This document shows, piece after piece, positions 31,617 through 40,237 of a stretch of DNA of 64,000 bases. The position numbers and the translations under genes are program-made. Origin of the DNA: Clostridia bacterium (lineage in GTDB: Bacteria; Bacillota; Clostridia; Oscillospirales; CAG-272); NCBI GenBank assembly GCA_017411605.1, contig JAFQPR010000103.1, positions 8,732-72,731 on the forward strand, given 5' to 3'. The notes beneath the pieces are model-generated. The model had not been told where the DNA came from, did not search any database, and worked only from the letters and a program-made list of their open reading frames with translations. Every line of letters starts with the position of its first letter. The stretch's first letter is position 1.

Positions 31617-33682
31617 TGATCATTCTGTCAAAAAACGCCGGATTTTGTCCCGGTGTTAAAAGAGCTGATCTGACAGTAAGAGAGCTTATCAAGAATCGAA
31701 CCGACAACGACGCAATCTATACTCTCGGCGAGCTTATACACAACGGAATTTATACCGCGGAGCTTTCTTCCATGGGTGTTCGTACCGTAAGCTTTGAAGA
31801 GGTCGAAAAATGCATAATCGCTCAGCCCGAAGTAAAGCATACTTTGGTTATCCGAACACACGGTATTTCCAAGGAGCAGCACGAGCATCTTGATTTCCTC
31901 AGCAAAAAATACGGCAATTTTAAAATTGTTGATATGACCTGTCCTTCCGTAAAAAAAATCCATCGTATTGCCGAAGAAAATACTTCGGACAATACTTGTT
32001 TTATTCTCTTTTGCAACCCAAATCACCCCGAGGCAATCGGTATTATGAGCTACGCAAAAGGAGAAAAGCATGCGATTTCCTCCCCCGAGGAGCTTGAAAA
32101 CATTGATTTTACGGAAAAAATCCCTATTTTATGTTCCCAAACTACAGAAAATTTGGAACTTTTTGCAAAAATTAAAAAAAATTTAAAAAAACTATGTACA
32201 AATGCAATTTTTTTTGATACAATATGTAGTGTCACTGAAAATCGTCAGAATGAAGCAATAACAATTGCAAAAAACTCCGACGCGATGATAGTCATAGGCG
32301 GAAAGGAAAGTTCGAATACGCGTAAGCTCTACGAGCTATGCTCAAAAGAATGTTCCAGGACGGTATGGATTGAATCTGCGAAGGACTTGTTAGCTGATTT
32401 TCCTGACCCCGCAAAATGCGTAGGAATAACCGCAGGCGCTTCCACACCTGACGGTATAATAACGGAGGTTAAAAAGAAAGTTATGGAAAACAAAGAACTG
32501 GACTTCGAGGCACTTCTCGAAGACACACTCAAAACTTTACATACAGGAGATACAGTTAACGGTATAGTTTGCACTATCGGCGATAACGAGATCAAGCTTG
32601 ATCTTGGCGTTAAAGTTACCGGTGTTCTTACCAAAGAACAGATTACCGATGACCCTACAGCAAATCTCCATGATATGTTCAAGGTTGGAGATGAGGTTGC
32701 CGTATTCGTTATCAGAGTTGACGATAAGGCGGGCCTTGCTACCGTATCCAAGAAGAGAGTTGACGCTGATAATAGCTGGGTAGTTCTTAAGGACGCTCAC
32801 GATAACGGCGATATTCTTGAGGGTAAGGTTGTATCTGCAAACAAGGGCGGTGTTATCGTATCCGCACTTAACAACTCTATTTTCGTTCCCGCATCTCAGA
32901 CCGGTGTTGCAAAGGGTGGAGATTTATCCGTTCTCGTCGGAACAACTCAGAAGGTAAAGATCATCGAGTTTGATACCTCAAAGAAAAAGGCGCTTGGTTC
33001 TATCAAGGTAGTTCTCAATGCCGAAAAGCAGGCTCGTGAAGATGCTATCTGGGCTACTCTTGAGGTTGGTAAGCACTACACAGGTACTGTTAAGAATCTC
33101 ACAACCTACGGCGCATTCGTTGATATCGGCGGCGTTGACGGTATGGTTCACAACTCCGAGCTTTCCTGGAGAAAGATAAAGCATCCTTCTCAGGTCGTTT
33201 CAGTTGGTCAAGAGATCGAAGTATTCATCAAAGAGCTCGACGTTGAAAAGAGAAGAATTTCTCTCGGATACAAGACCGAAGAGATGGATGTTTGGTCTCA
33301 GTTCGTTAAGGCTCACGAGGTTGGTGATATTGTTCCCGCCAAGATAGTTTCTCTTACTCCCTTCGGTGCATTTGCCGAAGTTAGCGAGGGCGTTGACGGT
33401 CTTATTCACATTTCCGCTATATCTACTCAGAGAATTGCTGCCCCCTCAGATGTTCTTAATATTGGTGATGTTGTTGACGTTAAGATAATTAATATCGATA
33501 ATGAAAATCGCAAGCTTTCCCTTTCTATTCGCGCTATCACCGAGGCCGCTGAAAAAGCTGCCGCAGCAGAAGCTCGCGCTGCCGAACTCGCTGCAAAGAA
33601 GGCTGAAGAAGAGGAAGAGGCTAAAAGACTTGAGGAAGAAAGAGCTGCTATGGCTCCCTACATTGTAGGTTCTATCGACTAA
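31616..33682 (+). CDS. ispH: Fused IspH (LytB) / ribosomal protein S1
   Basis: GFCPGV, DMTCP, DTIC, SSNT and TAGASTP motifs, followed by four S1 repeats and an Ala/Glu-rich tail. Confidence 0.93.
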   Translation: MIILSKNAGFCPGVKRADLTVRELIKNRTDNDAIYTLGELIHNGIYTAELSSMGVRTVSFEEVEKCIIAQPEVKHTLVIRTHGISKEQHEHLDFLSKKYGNFKIVDMTCPSVKKIHRIAEENTSDNTCFILFCNPNHPEAIGIMSYAKGEKHAISSPEELENIDFTEKIPILCSQTTENLELFAKIKKNLKKLCTNAIFFDTICSVTENRQNEAITIAKNSDAMIVIGGKESSNTRKLYELCSKECSRTVWIESAKDLLADFPDPAKCVGITAGASTPDGIITEVKKKVMENKELDFEALLEDTLKTLHTGDTVNGIVCTIGDNEIKLDLGVKVTGVLTKEQITDDPTANLHDMFKVGDEVAVFVIRVDDKAGLATVSKKRVDADNSWVVLKDAHDNGDILEGKVVSANKGGVIVSALNNSIFVPASQTGVAKGGDLSVLVGTTQKVKIIEFDTSKKKALGSIKVVLNAEKQAREDAIWATLEVGKHYTGTVKNLTTYGAFVDIGGVDGMVHNSELSWRKIKHPSQVVSVGQEIEVFIKELDVEKRRISLGYKTEEMDVWSQFVKAHEVGDIVPAKIVSLTPFGAFAEVSEGVDGLIHISAISTQRIAAPSDVLNIGDVVDVKIINIDNENRKLSLSIRAITEAAEKAAAAEARAAELAAKKAEEEEEAKRLEEERAAMAPYIVGSID
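32195..32223 (+). promoter_or_regulatory. Internal sigmaA-type promoter inside ispH for the rpsA moiety
   Basis: TGTACA-N17-TACAAT with extended TG and upstream A-tracts. Confidence 0.55.
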
Positions 33683-33684
33683 TT

Positions 33685-34065
33685 ATGAAAATTGCTTTGA
33701 TCGCTCACGATAAAAAGAAAAACGATATTATAGAGCTCGCAAAAAGATACAAAGACGTTCTTGCAGACCACACTCTGTATGCAACGGGAACTACGGGAAC
33801 ACTTATTATGGGTGAGACCGGACTTCCCATTCACCGTATGAAAAGCGGCCCGCTTGGCGGAGATCAGCAAATCGGCGCTATGCTTGCAAATGGAGAGCTT
33901 AACTTAATCATATTCTTGCGTGATCCTCTTACGGCTCAACCTCATGAGCCTGACGTATCGGCTCTTTTAAGGCTTTGCGACGTTCAGAGTATTCCGCTTG
34001 CTACTAATGTAAGCAGTGCAATAATAATGCTCGAGGCAATAAAAAATAAAATTTATTTTAAATAA
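33685..34065 (+). CDS. mgsA: Methylglyoxal synthase
   Basis: [24 protein letters not shown] and PHEPD motifs. Confidence 0.96.
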   Translation: MKIALIAHDKKKNDIIELAKRYKDVLADHTLYATGTTGTLIMGETGLPIHRMKSGPLGGDQQIGAMLANGELNLIIFLRDPLTAQPHEPDVSALLRLCDVQSIPLATNVSSAIIMLEAIKNKIYFK

Positions 34066-34071
34066 ATAATT

Positions 34072-34112
34072 AAGGAAGAATGTTGGTTTTGAATCCTTCA
34101 TTCTTCCTTTTT
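34072..34112. terminator. Terminator between convergent mgsA and esterase genes
   Basis: AAGGAAGAATG...CATTCTTCCTT plus T run. Confidence 0.75.
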
Positions 34113-34118
34113 ATTTTT

Positions 34119-34769
34119 TTAATTGTTATTTATTCTGTTCGATGCGATCAGCCATTCAATAAGCTTTGTATCCTCATAGGCAGATTCCCATGAATTATGC
34201 CCTACACCATGAAAAACCGTTAATTTAACGTTTCCGCCATAAGACTTTAATTTATCGCACATTTCATAAGAATTACTTATTGGCACAACGTTATCTGCAT
34301 CACCGTGAAACGCCCAAACGGGCGTTTTGCCAATTTGATGCGATAGCCAGGATATTCCGCCTCCGCAGATTGGAGCGAGAGCCGAGAAAAAACCGGGATA
34401 GGTCATTCCCATTTCCCACGTACCGAAACCGCCCATAGATAGCCCGGTAATCGATACTCGGTCTATATCAACGTTATATTCTTCTATTATATTATCTATG
34501 AGTTCTTTCAACTCTGCCGTTAACCGATTCCATATAAAGTTCTCAGGACATTGCGGAGCGATAACGATAGCATCTATTCTCTCCCCCGCTTCAATATATT
34601 TCGCTATACCGTGAACAGAAATTTTATCAAAATCATCTCCGCGCTCACCGGCGCCGTGAAGCATTACTATTAGCGGAAGCTTTTCATTGTCGGAAAGCTT
34701 TGGTAAATGAATAAGATAATTAAACTTCTCTATTCTTTTATTTTCAAATTTGTATACTTTTCTTTCCAT
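34119..34769 (-). CDS. Alpha/beta hydrolase (carboxylesterase/phospholipase, predicted peptidase)
   Basis: LHGAGERG, GLSMGG, FHGDAD and GHNSW motifs. Start ATG 34769 after AAGGAG. Confidence 0.88.
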   Translation of the reverse strand: MERKVYKFENKRIEKFNYLIHLPKLSDNEKLPLIVMLHGAGERGDDFDKISVHGIAKYIEAGERIDAIVIAPQCPENFIWNRLTAELKELIDNIIEEYNVDIDRVSITGLSMGGFGTWEMGMTYPGFFSALAPICGGGISWLSHQIGKTPVWAFHGDADNVVPISNSYEMCDKLKSYGGNVKLTVFHGVGHNSWESAYEDTKLIEWLIASNRINNN

Positions 34770-34779
34770 TATTTTCTCC

Positions 34780-36750
34780 TTAGTCAAGTTCTTTAAGTCC
34801 CTTATGCAATTCAAAGTAACGTCCGCCAAGTGCTACGAGATCATCGTGAGTTCCTCTTTCTATAATCTCGCCCTTTTCAAGAACCATTATAGCATTTGAA
34901 TTTCTTACGGTGGATAGTCTGTGAGCTATTACAAAGGTGGTACGGTTCTGCATAAGTCTGTCCATTCCTTCCTCTATATGGCGTTCTGTTCTCGTATCAA
35001 CCGACGATGTAGCCTCGTCAAGCACGAGAATAGGCGCTTTTGAAAGTGCTGCCCTTGCAATATTCAAAAGCTGACGCTGCCCTTGAGAAAGGTTTGCTCC
35101 GTCGCCTTCAAGAACGGTATTATAACCGTTTTCAAGTCTTGTTATAAAGCTATGAGCACTTGCGGTTTTAGCAGCCTCAATAACTTCATCGTCAGTTGCA
35201 TCTAGCCTTCCGTAACGAATATTCTCCATTACCGTTCCCGTGAACAAATGCGTATCCTGCAATACCATTGCAATATTCTGTCTTAAAAAATCTCGTTTAT
35301 AGCTCTTTATATCCTTACCGTCTATCGTTATTTTACCCGAATTAATATCATAAAACCTATTCAACAGATTTGTGATCGTGGTTTTTCCCGCGCCCGTCGA
35401 GCCAACGAAGGCTATCTTTTGACCGGGGTGAGCATAAAGAGAAATATTTTTAAGGACGGTCTTATCGGGTACGTACCCAAAGGTAACGTCTTCGAGAACA
35501 ACATCTCCGACGATTTTATCCGTATGAGCATCAAGAGCATCAAGCGCCTCAGGATCACTATCCATTACGGCGAATACTCTTTCAGCGCCCGCAAGAGCCG
35601 CAAAAACAGCAGACATCTGATTGGATATTCTGTTTATTGGCATAGAAAAATGCCTTGCATAGTTTGCAAAAACGGTCAAAGAGCCTGGCGTTAGTCCCGA
35701 CGTGAACATCAAAATACCGCCAAGACCTACGGTTATACCGTAGCTGATCTGACCTATATTTCCCATAATAGGTCCCATAACGCCTCCCCAGAACTGCGCG
35801 TTAAACTGTTTATCGCGAAGATCCTCATTGAGCATTACAAATTCTTCAACGCACGTATCCTCGTGATTAAATACCTTTACTACCTTCTGACCGCTAACGG
35901 TTTCCTCTATATATCCGTTCACAGCGCCGATAGCAGCCTGCTGAGATACGTAATACTTTGAGGAAAGCTTTCCGATAATTGCTCCTCCTTTAATAAAGAT
36001 CGGAACAAACACCACGGTAACAAGAGTAAGCCATACGTTAGTCGTCAGCATAAAAACAAAAGTACCGAGTATCGTAATGCTTCCCGAAACGACGGAAGTT
36101 AAAGAGTTATTCAGCATAACGTCGATATTATCGATATCATTTGTAAAACGGCTCATTATCTCACCTGTCGGGTGGGAATCAAAGTATTTAATCGGAAGAG
36201 CCTGAAGCTTGCAAAATAGGTCGTTTCTAATCTTTTCAACAGAGTTCTGCGATACGGATAACATCAATCTTGCCTCTATATAAGAGCACACAATTGATAG
36301 GATATAAATAAATGCAAGTATAGAAACAGCTATAACAACGTAGAAGCTTACAGCGGTAAATCTGTTTGCAAGAAGCTCCTTTACAAATCCTATCTCCGTT
36401 ATTGCAACTATGACCTTATCAACCATTTTCTCCGCTGCGCTCATTTTTATTTCCGAACCCGGAAACAGCTCTACCGTTATTCTATCTATAATTGGAGCGA
36501 TCATATAACCGCCAACAAGAGAGGTTATTGCCGTTACCAGCATACAAATAAAAACTAATGCAAGCTTTAATTTATGCTGACCTACGTATGACAACAGTCT
36601 TTTGACTGTCTTTTTTAGCTCCTTCGGCTTTCCTTTCATTGAAGGATCGCGTCGCATAGGTCCTCTCGGATTTATGGGAATTGCGCGTCTTGCGCCATGA
36701 GAGGAAGAGCTGTTATATCTTTTTCTGAGTTCATCAAGTGTTCTTGCCAT
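34780..36750 (-). CDS. ABC exporter, fused permease/ATPase (heterodimer subunit, consensus site)
   Basis: TMD plus GSTGAGKT, LSQGQRQ, LDEATS and IAHRL. Confidence 0.93.
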   Translation of the reverse strand: MARTLDELRKRYNSSSSHGARRAIPINPRGPMRRDPSMKGKPKELKKTVKRLLSYVGQHKLKLALVFICMLVTAITSLVGGYMIAPIIDRITVELFPGSEIKMSAAEKMVDKVIVAITEIGFVKELLANRFTAVSFYVVIAVSILAFIYILSIVCSYIEARLMLSVSQNSVEKIRNDLFCKLQALPIKYFDSHPTGEIMSRFTNDIDNIDVMLNNSLTSVVSGSITILGTFVFMLTTNVWLTLVTVVFVPIFIKGGAIIGKLSSKYYVSQQAAIGAVNGYIEETVSGQKVVKVFNHEDTCVEEFVMLNEDLRDKQFNAQFWGGVMGPIMGNIGQISYGITVGLGGILMFTSGLTPGSLTVFANYARHFSMPINRISNQMSAVFAALAGAERVFAVMDSDPEALDALDAHTDKIVGDVVLEDVTFGYVPDKTVLKNISLYAHPGQKIAFVGSTGAGKTTITNLLNRFYDINSGKITIDGKDIKSYKRDFLRQNIAMVLQDTHLFTGTVMENIRYGRLDATDDEVIEAAKTASAHSFITRLENGYNTVLEGDGANLSQGQRQLLNIARAALSKAPILVLDEATSSVDTRTERHIEEGMDRLMQNRTTFVIAHRLSTVRNSNAIMVLEKGEIIERGTHDDLVALGGRYFELHKGLKELD

Positions 36751-38483
36751 TATTCAGCTTCCCCTTCCTCTTTTTCATTCTGTGACCAATATATCTCGCT
36801 GTATTCTTTATTCTTATCAAGAAGCTCACCGTGCGTTCCGATGCCCGTGATGCGCCCGTCATCCATAACAATTATCATATCCGCATCCTGAACGGAAGAC
36901 GTTCTCTGAGCGATAATTATTTTTGTGCAGCCCTCAAGCTCATTGTATAAAGCATTCTTTATACGTCTTTCGGTTGCTGTATCGACCGCGCTCGTTGAAT
37001 CGTCAAATATCAATATCTTAGGCTTCTTTATAAGCGCTCTTGCTATACAAAGTCTTTGCTTCTGACCGCCTGAAAGATTATTTCCGCCCTTATCAAGAAC
37101 GGTATCATATCCTTCCTTGAAGGAATCTATAAAGATATCCGATGCGGAATAGGCCGCGGCTGTCCTAAGTTCCTCGTCTGTTGCATCTATATCGCCCCAT
37201 CTTAAATTCTCGGCAACCGTTCCCGAGAACAAAAGATTCTTCTGAAGCACCATACCAATGCCGTCACGCAAATTCTTCAACGTATAATTCTTAACGTTTT
37301 CACCGTCGACAAGGACCTCGCCCCTGTCAACGTCATATAGTCGAGGTATCATCGAAACAAGGGTGGTCTTACCGCATCCCGTCGAGCCGACTATTCCAAC
37401 GGTTTTACCGGCCTCTATTGTGAAACTTATATCACTCAATACCTCTTCATCATTGTTTTTGTAATAACGGAAGCCTACGTTTTTGAATTCTATCTTTCCG
37501 TTTTCTACTCTCTTATCGGGGGCTTTTGCATAAACGTCGGTAATATCTATCTTTTCATCGAGCACTTCGGCAATTCTTCTTCCCGAAGCTATAGCTCTTG
37601 ATGCGCTCGTAAAGAGGAATGATACCATTGCCATCGAATGAAGAATCTGGTTTACGTATGTAATAAAAGCGCTGAGATCTCCAATATCCATTCTGCCGCT
37701 AAGAACGTCCGCGTGACCCGACCAAACGACGATAACGATAGTCGTATACATAAATAAATTCATTATAGGGGTCATCATTATCATCAGCTTTGTCGCTCTC
37801 AACGATGCGCTCTTAAGATTGGAATTTGCTCTGTTAAACTTCTCAATTTCGCATTCTTCACGCACGAAAGACTTAACAACTCTTACATTGGTTACGTTTT
37901 CCTGAACTGTCGAGTTGAGCTTATCTATTTTAACTTGAACGCGTGAAAATCTTGGAAGCGCAGAAATGATAAGACCGAGTATCGATATTAACATTAACGG
38001 AATTGTTACTGCCAAAACTACCGATAGAGGGGGATTTATCGTTATTGCCATTATAAACGCACCAATCATAATTCCGGGGGACCTTAGTGCCATTCGAAGA
38101 AGCATATTAACAAAGTTCTGAAGCTGAGTAATGTCATTTGTAAGTCTTGTAACAAGTGAGCCCGTTGAAAACTTATCTATATTTGCAAAAGAATATTTCT
38201 GTATAGATTTATAAGCATCACTTCTGACGTCAGTTGCAAAATTGACAGAGGCCTTTGCGCCAAAATATGCGCCGCCGATTCCTCCTGCCATCATAAGAAT
38301 AGCGCACAGTATCATAGCAAGACCGACACCAATTCCTACGCCAACACCGTTTGCGCCGTTATTTATGACTATGGAGAGAAGCTTTGGCATAAAAATCTCA
38401 CCCAAAACTTCAACGAGCATACAAAGAGGTCCTAGAATAAAAAACGGAAGATACGGCTTTACGTATTTAAACCATCTCTTCAT
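36750..38483 (-). CDS. ABC exporter, fused permease/ATPase (heterodimer subunit, degenerate site)
   Basis: TMD plus GSTGCGKT, LSGGQKQ, FDDSTS and IAQR. Confidence 0.93.
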   Translation of the reverse strand: MKRWFKYVKPYLPFFILGPLCMLVEVLGEIFMPKLLSIVINNGANGVGVGIGVGLAMILCAILMMAGGIGGAYFGAKASVNFATDVRSDAYKSIQKYSFANIDKFSTGSLVTRLTNDITQLQNFVNMLLRMALRSPGIMIGAFIMAITINPPLSVVLAVTIPLMLISILGLIISALPRFSRVQVKIDKLNSTVQENVTNVRVVKSFVREECEIEKFNRANSNLKSASLRATKLMIMMTPIMNLFMYTTIVIVVWSGHADVLSGRMDIGDLSAFITYVNQILHSMAMVSFLFTSASRAIASGRRIAEVLDEKIDITDVYAKAPDKRVENGKIEFKNVGFRYYKNNDEEVLSDISFTIEAGKTVGIVGSTGCGKTTLVSMIPRLYDVDRGEVLVDGENVKNYTLKNLRDGIGMVLQKNLLFSGTVAENLRWGDIDATDEELRTAAAYSASDIFIDSFKEGYDTVLDKGGNNLSGGQKQRLCIARALIKKPKILIFDDSTSAVDTATERRIKNALYNELEGCTKIIIAQRTSSVQDADMIIVMDDGRITGIGTHGELLDKNKEYSEIYWSQNEKEEGEAE

Positions 38484-38932
38484 TATTTTTCCTCCTTTTT
38501 AGTAAGCTCTTTTAAATTATTTTGTATTTTTTCAAAGCAAACAGACAAGCACGATAGCTCCTCTTGTGTCAGTCCTGCCAGTGTCTTTCGGTCAATTACA
38601 GTGAAATATTCGCGTGATTTCTCTACTATCTCCCTACCCTTTTCCGTAATGGATATCTCGTTATAACGATTATCCTTGCCGGTAGTTCTTGCTATAAGAC
38701 CGTCGCGTTCAAGCTTCGATAAAGAAACCGTCATAGCAGCTTGGGTTATTCCAAGCTCCTCCGCAATTTCCTTCTGCGACCTTACCGTTTCACGCTTTGC
38801 AAGCTTCATAAGAACCTGATGCTTACTTCTGTGAATACCTATATCGTCAACTACGGTTTCTATTGCGCGTTTATGCATTCTGTTAACCGATATCATTTGT
38901 CTTATAACGTTGATTATTTCATTATCTTTCAT
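38483..38932 (-). CDS. MarR family regulator
   Basis: wHTH SQKEIAEELGITQAAMT...LERDGLI.R...DNR..I..TEKG. Start ATG 38932 after GGAGG. Confidence 0.9.
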   Translation of the reverse strand: MKDNEIINVIRQMISVNRMHKRAIETVVDDIGIHRSKHQVLMKLAKRETVRSQKEIAEELGITQAAMTVSLSKLERDGLIARTTGKDNRYNEISITEKGREIVEKSREYFTVIDRKTLAGLTQEELSCLSVCFEKIQNNLKELTKKEEK

Positions 38933-38946
38933 TTTTACCTCCATTA

Positions 38947-39004
38947 CTTAACCGTTTAATAATTAACTACTTAATCATTATATCATATTATCGGTAAAAT
39001 GCAA
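38947..39004 (-). promoter_or_regulatory. marR operon promoter and tandem palindromic operators
   Basis: TTGCAT-N16-TATAAT (extended TG) followed by ATTAA-gtag-TTAAT and ATTAA-acgg-TTAAG. Confidence 0.6.
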
Positions 39005-39079
39005 TAGGATTCAAAAAATATATGCAAAATATTGTTTTTTTTATTAATATGTGGTAAAATAATGGCACGAGGTGATAAT

Positions 39080-39538
39080 ATGAAACACACAACAGTTTGC
39101 TACATAGAAAAAGACGACTCTTATCTTATGCTGCATCGTATAAAAAAAGAAGCCGATGAAAACAAGGACAAATGGATTGGCATAGGCGGTAAGCTTGAAG
39201 CAAGCGAATCCCCTTTTGAATGCGTCAGACGCGAAGTATTCGAAGAGGTTGGACTAACTCTGAATTCGATACGATACGCAGGCTTTATTACGTTCGTTTC
39301 GAACGTTTTCGGTACAGAATATATGCATCTTTTCCATTGCACTGATTTCTCGGGGACTCCGGACGAAAATTGCACCGAGGGCGTACCGTCCTGGGTTAAG
39401 AAAAGTGATATTCCAAAGCTTCCTATCTGGGAGGGAGATAAAATTTTCCTCGAGCTTCTTGAAAAAGAAAGGCGCTTTTTCTCGCTGAAATTCGAATACA
39501 ACGGAGATACTCTTATATCACACACGCTTGAATTCTGA
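39080..39538 (+). CDS. NUDIX hydrolase, 8-oxo-dGTP diphosphatase (MutT/MutX-like)
   Basis: GGKLEASESPFECVRREVFEEVGL Nudix box and LPIWEGD. Start ATG 39080 after GAGGTG. Confidence 0.88.
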   Translation: MKHTTVCYIEKDDSYLMLHRIKKEADENKDKWIGIGGKLEASESPFECVRREVFEEVGLTLNSIRYAGFITFVSNVFGTEYMHLFHCTDFSGTPDENCTEGVPSWVKKSDIPKLPIWEGDKIFLELLEKERRFFSLKFEYNGDTLISHTLEF

Positions 39539-39569
39539 GTATTGATTAACTTATATTTGTAAAAACAAT

Positions 39570-39648
39570 AACTGCAGTTGAACAAATCTGAAGTGAACCA
39601 CAAAATTCAGACACTTTTGGAGGTACATATCAATCTTCAACTGCAGTT
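39570..39648. terminator. Bidirectional terminator interrupted by an IS scar
   Basis: Perfect 13-bp arms AACTGCAGTTGAA / TTCAACTGCAGTT between convergent genes. Confidence 0.7.
39589..39632. mobile_element. 44-bp IS3-family-like internally deleted remnant (MITE/scar)
   Basis: TG...CA ends, imperfect IRs TGAAGTGAACCACAAAA / TGATATGTACCTCCAAAA, flanked by an ATC direct repeat. Confidence 0.65.
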
Positions 39649-39652
39649 TTAT

Positions 39653-40165
39653 TTATTTAGTTTTTAACAGTTTTCTTCTGTCTTTGTAATCGGGAAGATA
39701 TCTTTCTATGATTGCGTAAAACCTCGGCGAATGATTCATTTCGACAAGATGAGCAAGCTCGTGGACTACTACGTATTCTCTTGCTGCCTCGGGATAAAGC
39801 ATAAGAAGATACGAAAAGCTTATATTTTTTGAGGAAGAGCATGAACCGAATCTTGTTTTAGCAGAAGTTATGGTTATACGGTTATATGACAACTTCATTA
39901 TAGCGGCGTAGTGCTCGCAAAGCGCTCCTAAATATATTCGCGCTTGTTTTTTTAACTGCTTTATCTGCTCGTCAGAGAGTATTTCATACTTTTCTCGTTT
40001 GCGCTTTTCTCTTTCGAGAGCTTTTTCAATCCATTCCGTATGCTTTTCAACTATAGCTTTAATCTCCCGCTTAGACATTTTCATGGGAGCTTTTACAATA
40101 ACGCAGCCATTTTCAATTTTTATGGCAACGCTTTTACGCTTTGAATATCTTACCTCGTAGTCCAT
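39653..40165 (-). CDS. YgjP/DUF45 (M48-like) zinc-dependent hydrolase
   Basis: RFGSCS and YVVVHELAHL..NHS..FY motifs. Start ATG 40165 after GGAG. Confidence 0.88.
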   Translation of the reverse strand: MDYEVRYSKRKSVAIKIENGCVIVKAPMKMSKREIKAIVEKHTEWIEKALEREKRKREKYEILSDEQIKQLKKQARIYLGALCEHYAAIMKLSYNRITITSAKTRFGSCSSSKNISFSYLLMLYPEAAREYVVVHELAHLVEMNHSPRFYAIIERYLPDYKDRRKLLKTK

Positions 40166-40237
40166 ATTATCTCCAAAATACTTTTTGCTCATATTTTATC
40201 ACAGGATCGTGTTATTGTAAACCCCTTGTAATAAAAA

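Noticed and set aside
33540-33650. Low-complexity GCC/GAA-rich stretch
   Set aside because: Encodes the Ala/Glu helical tail of S1; not a DNA repeat array.
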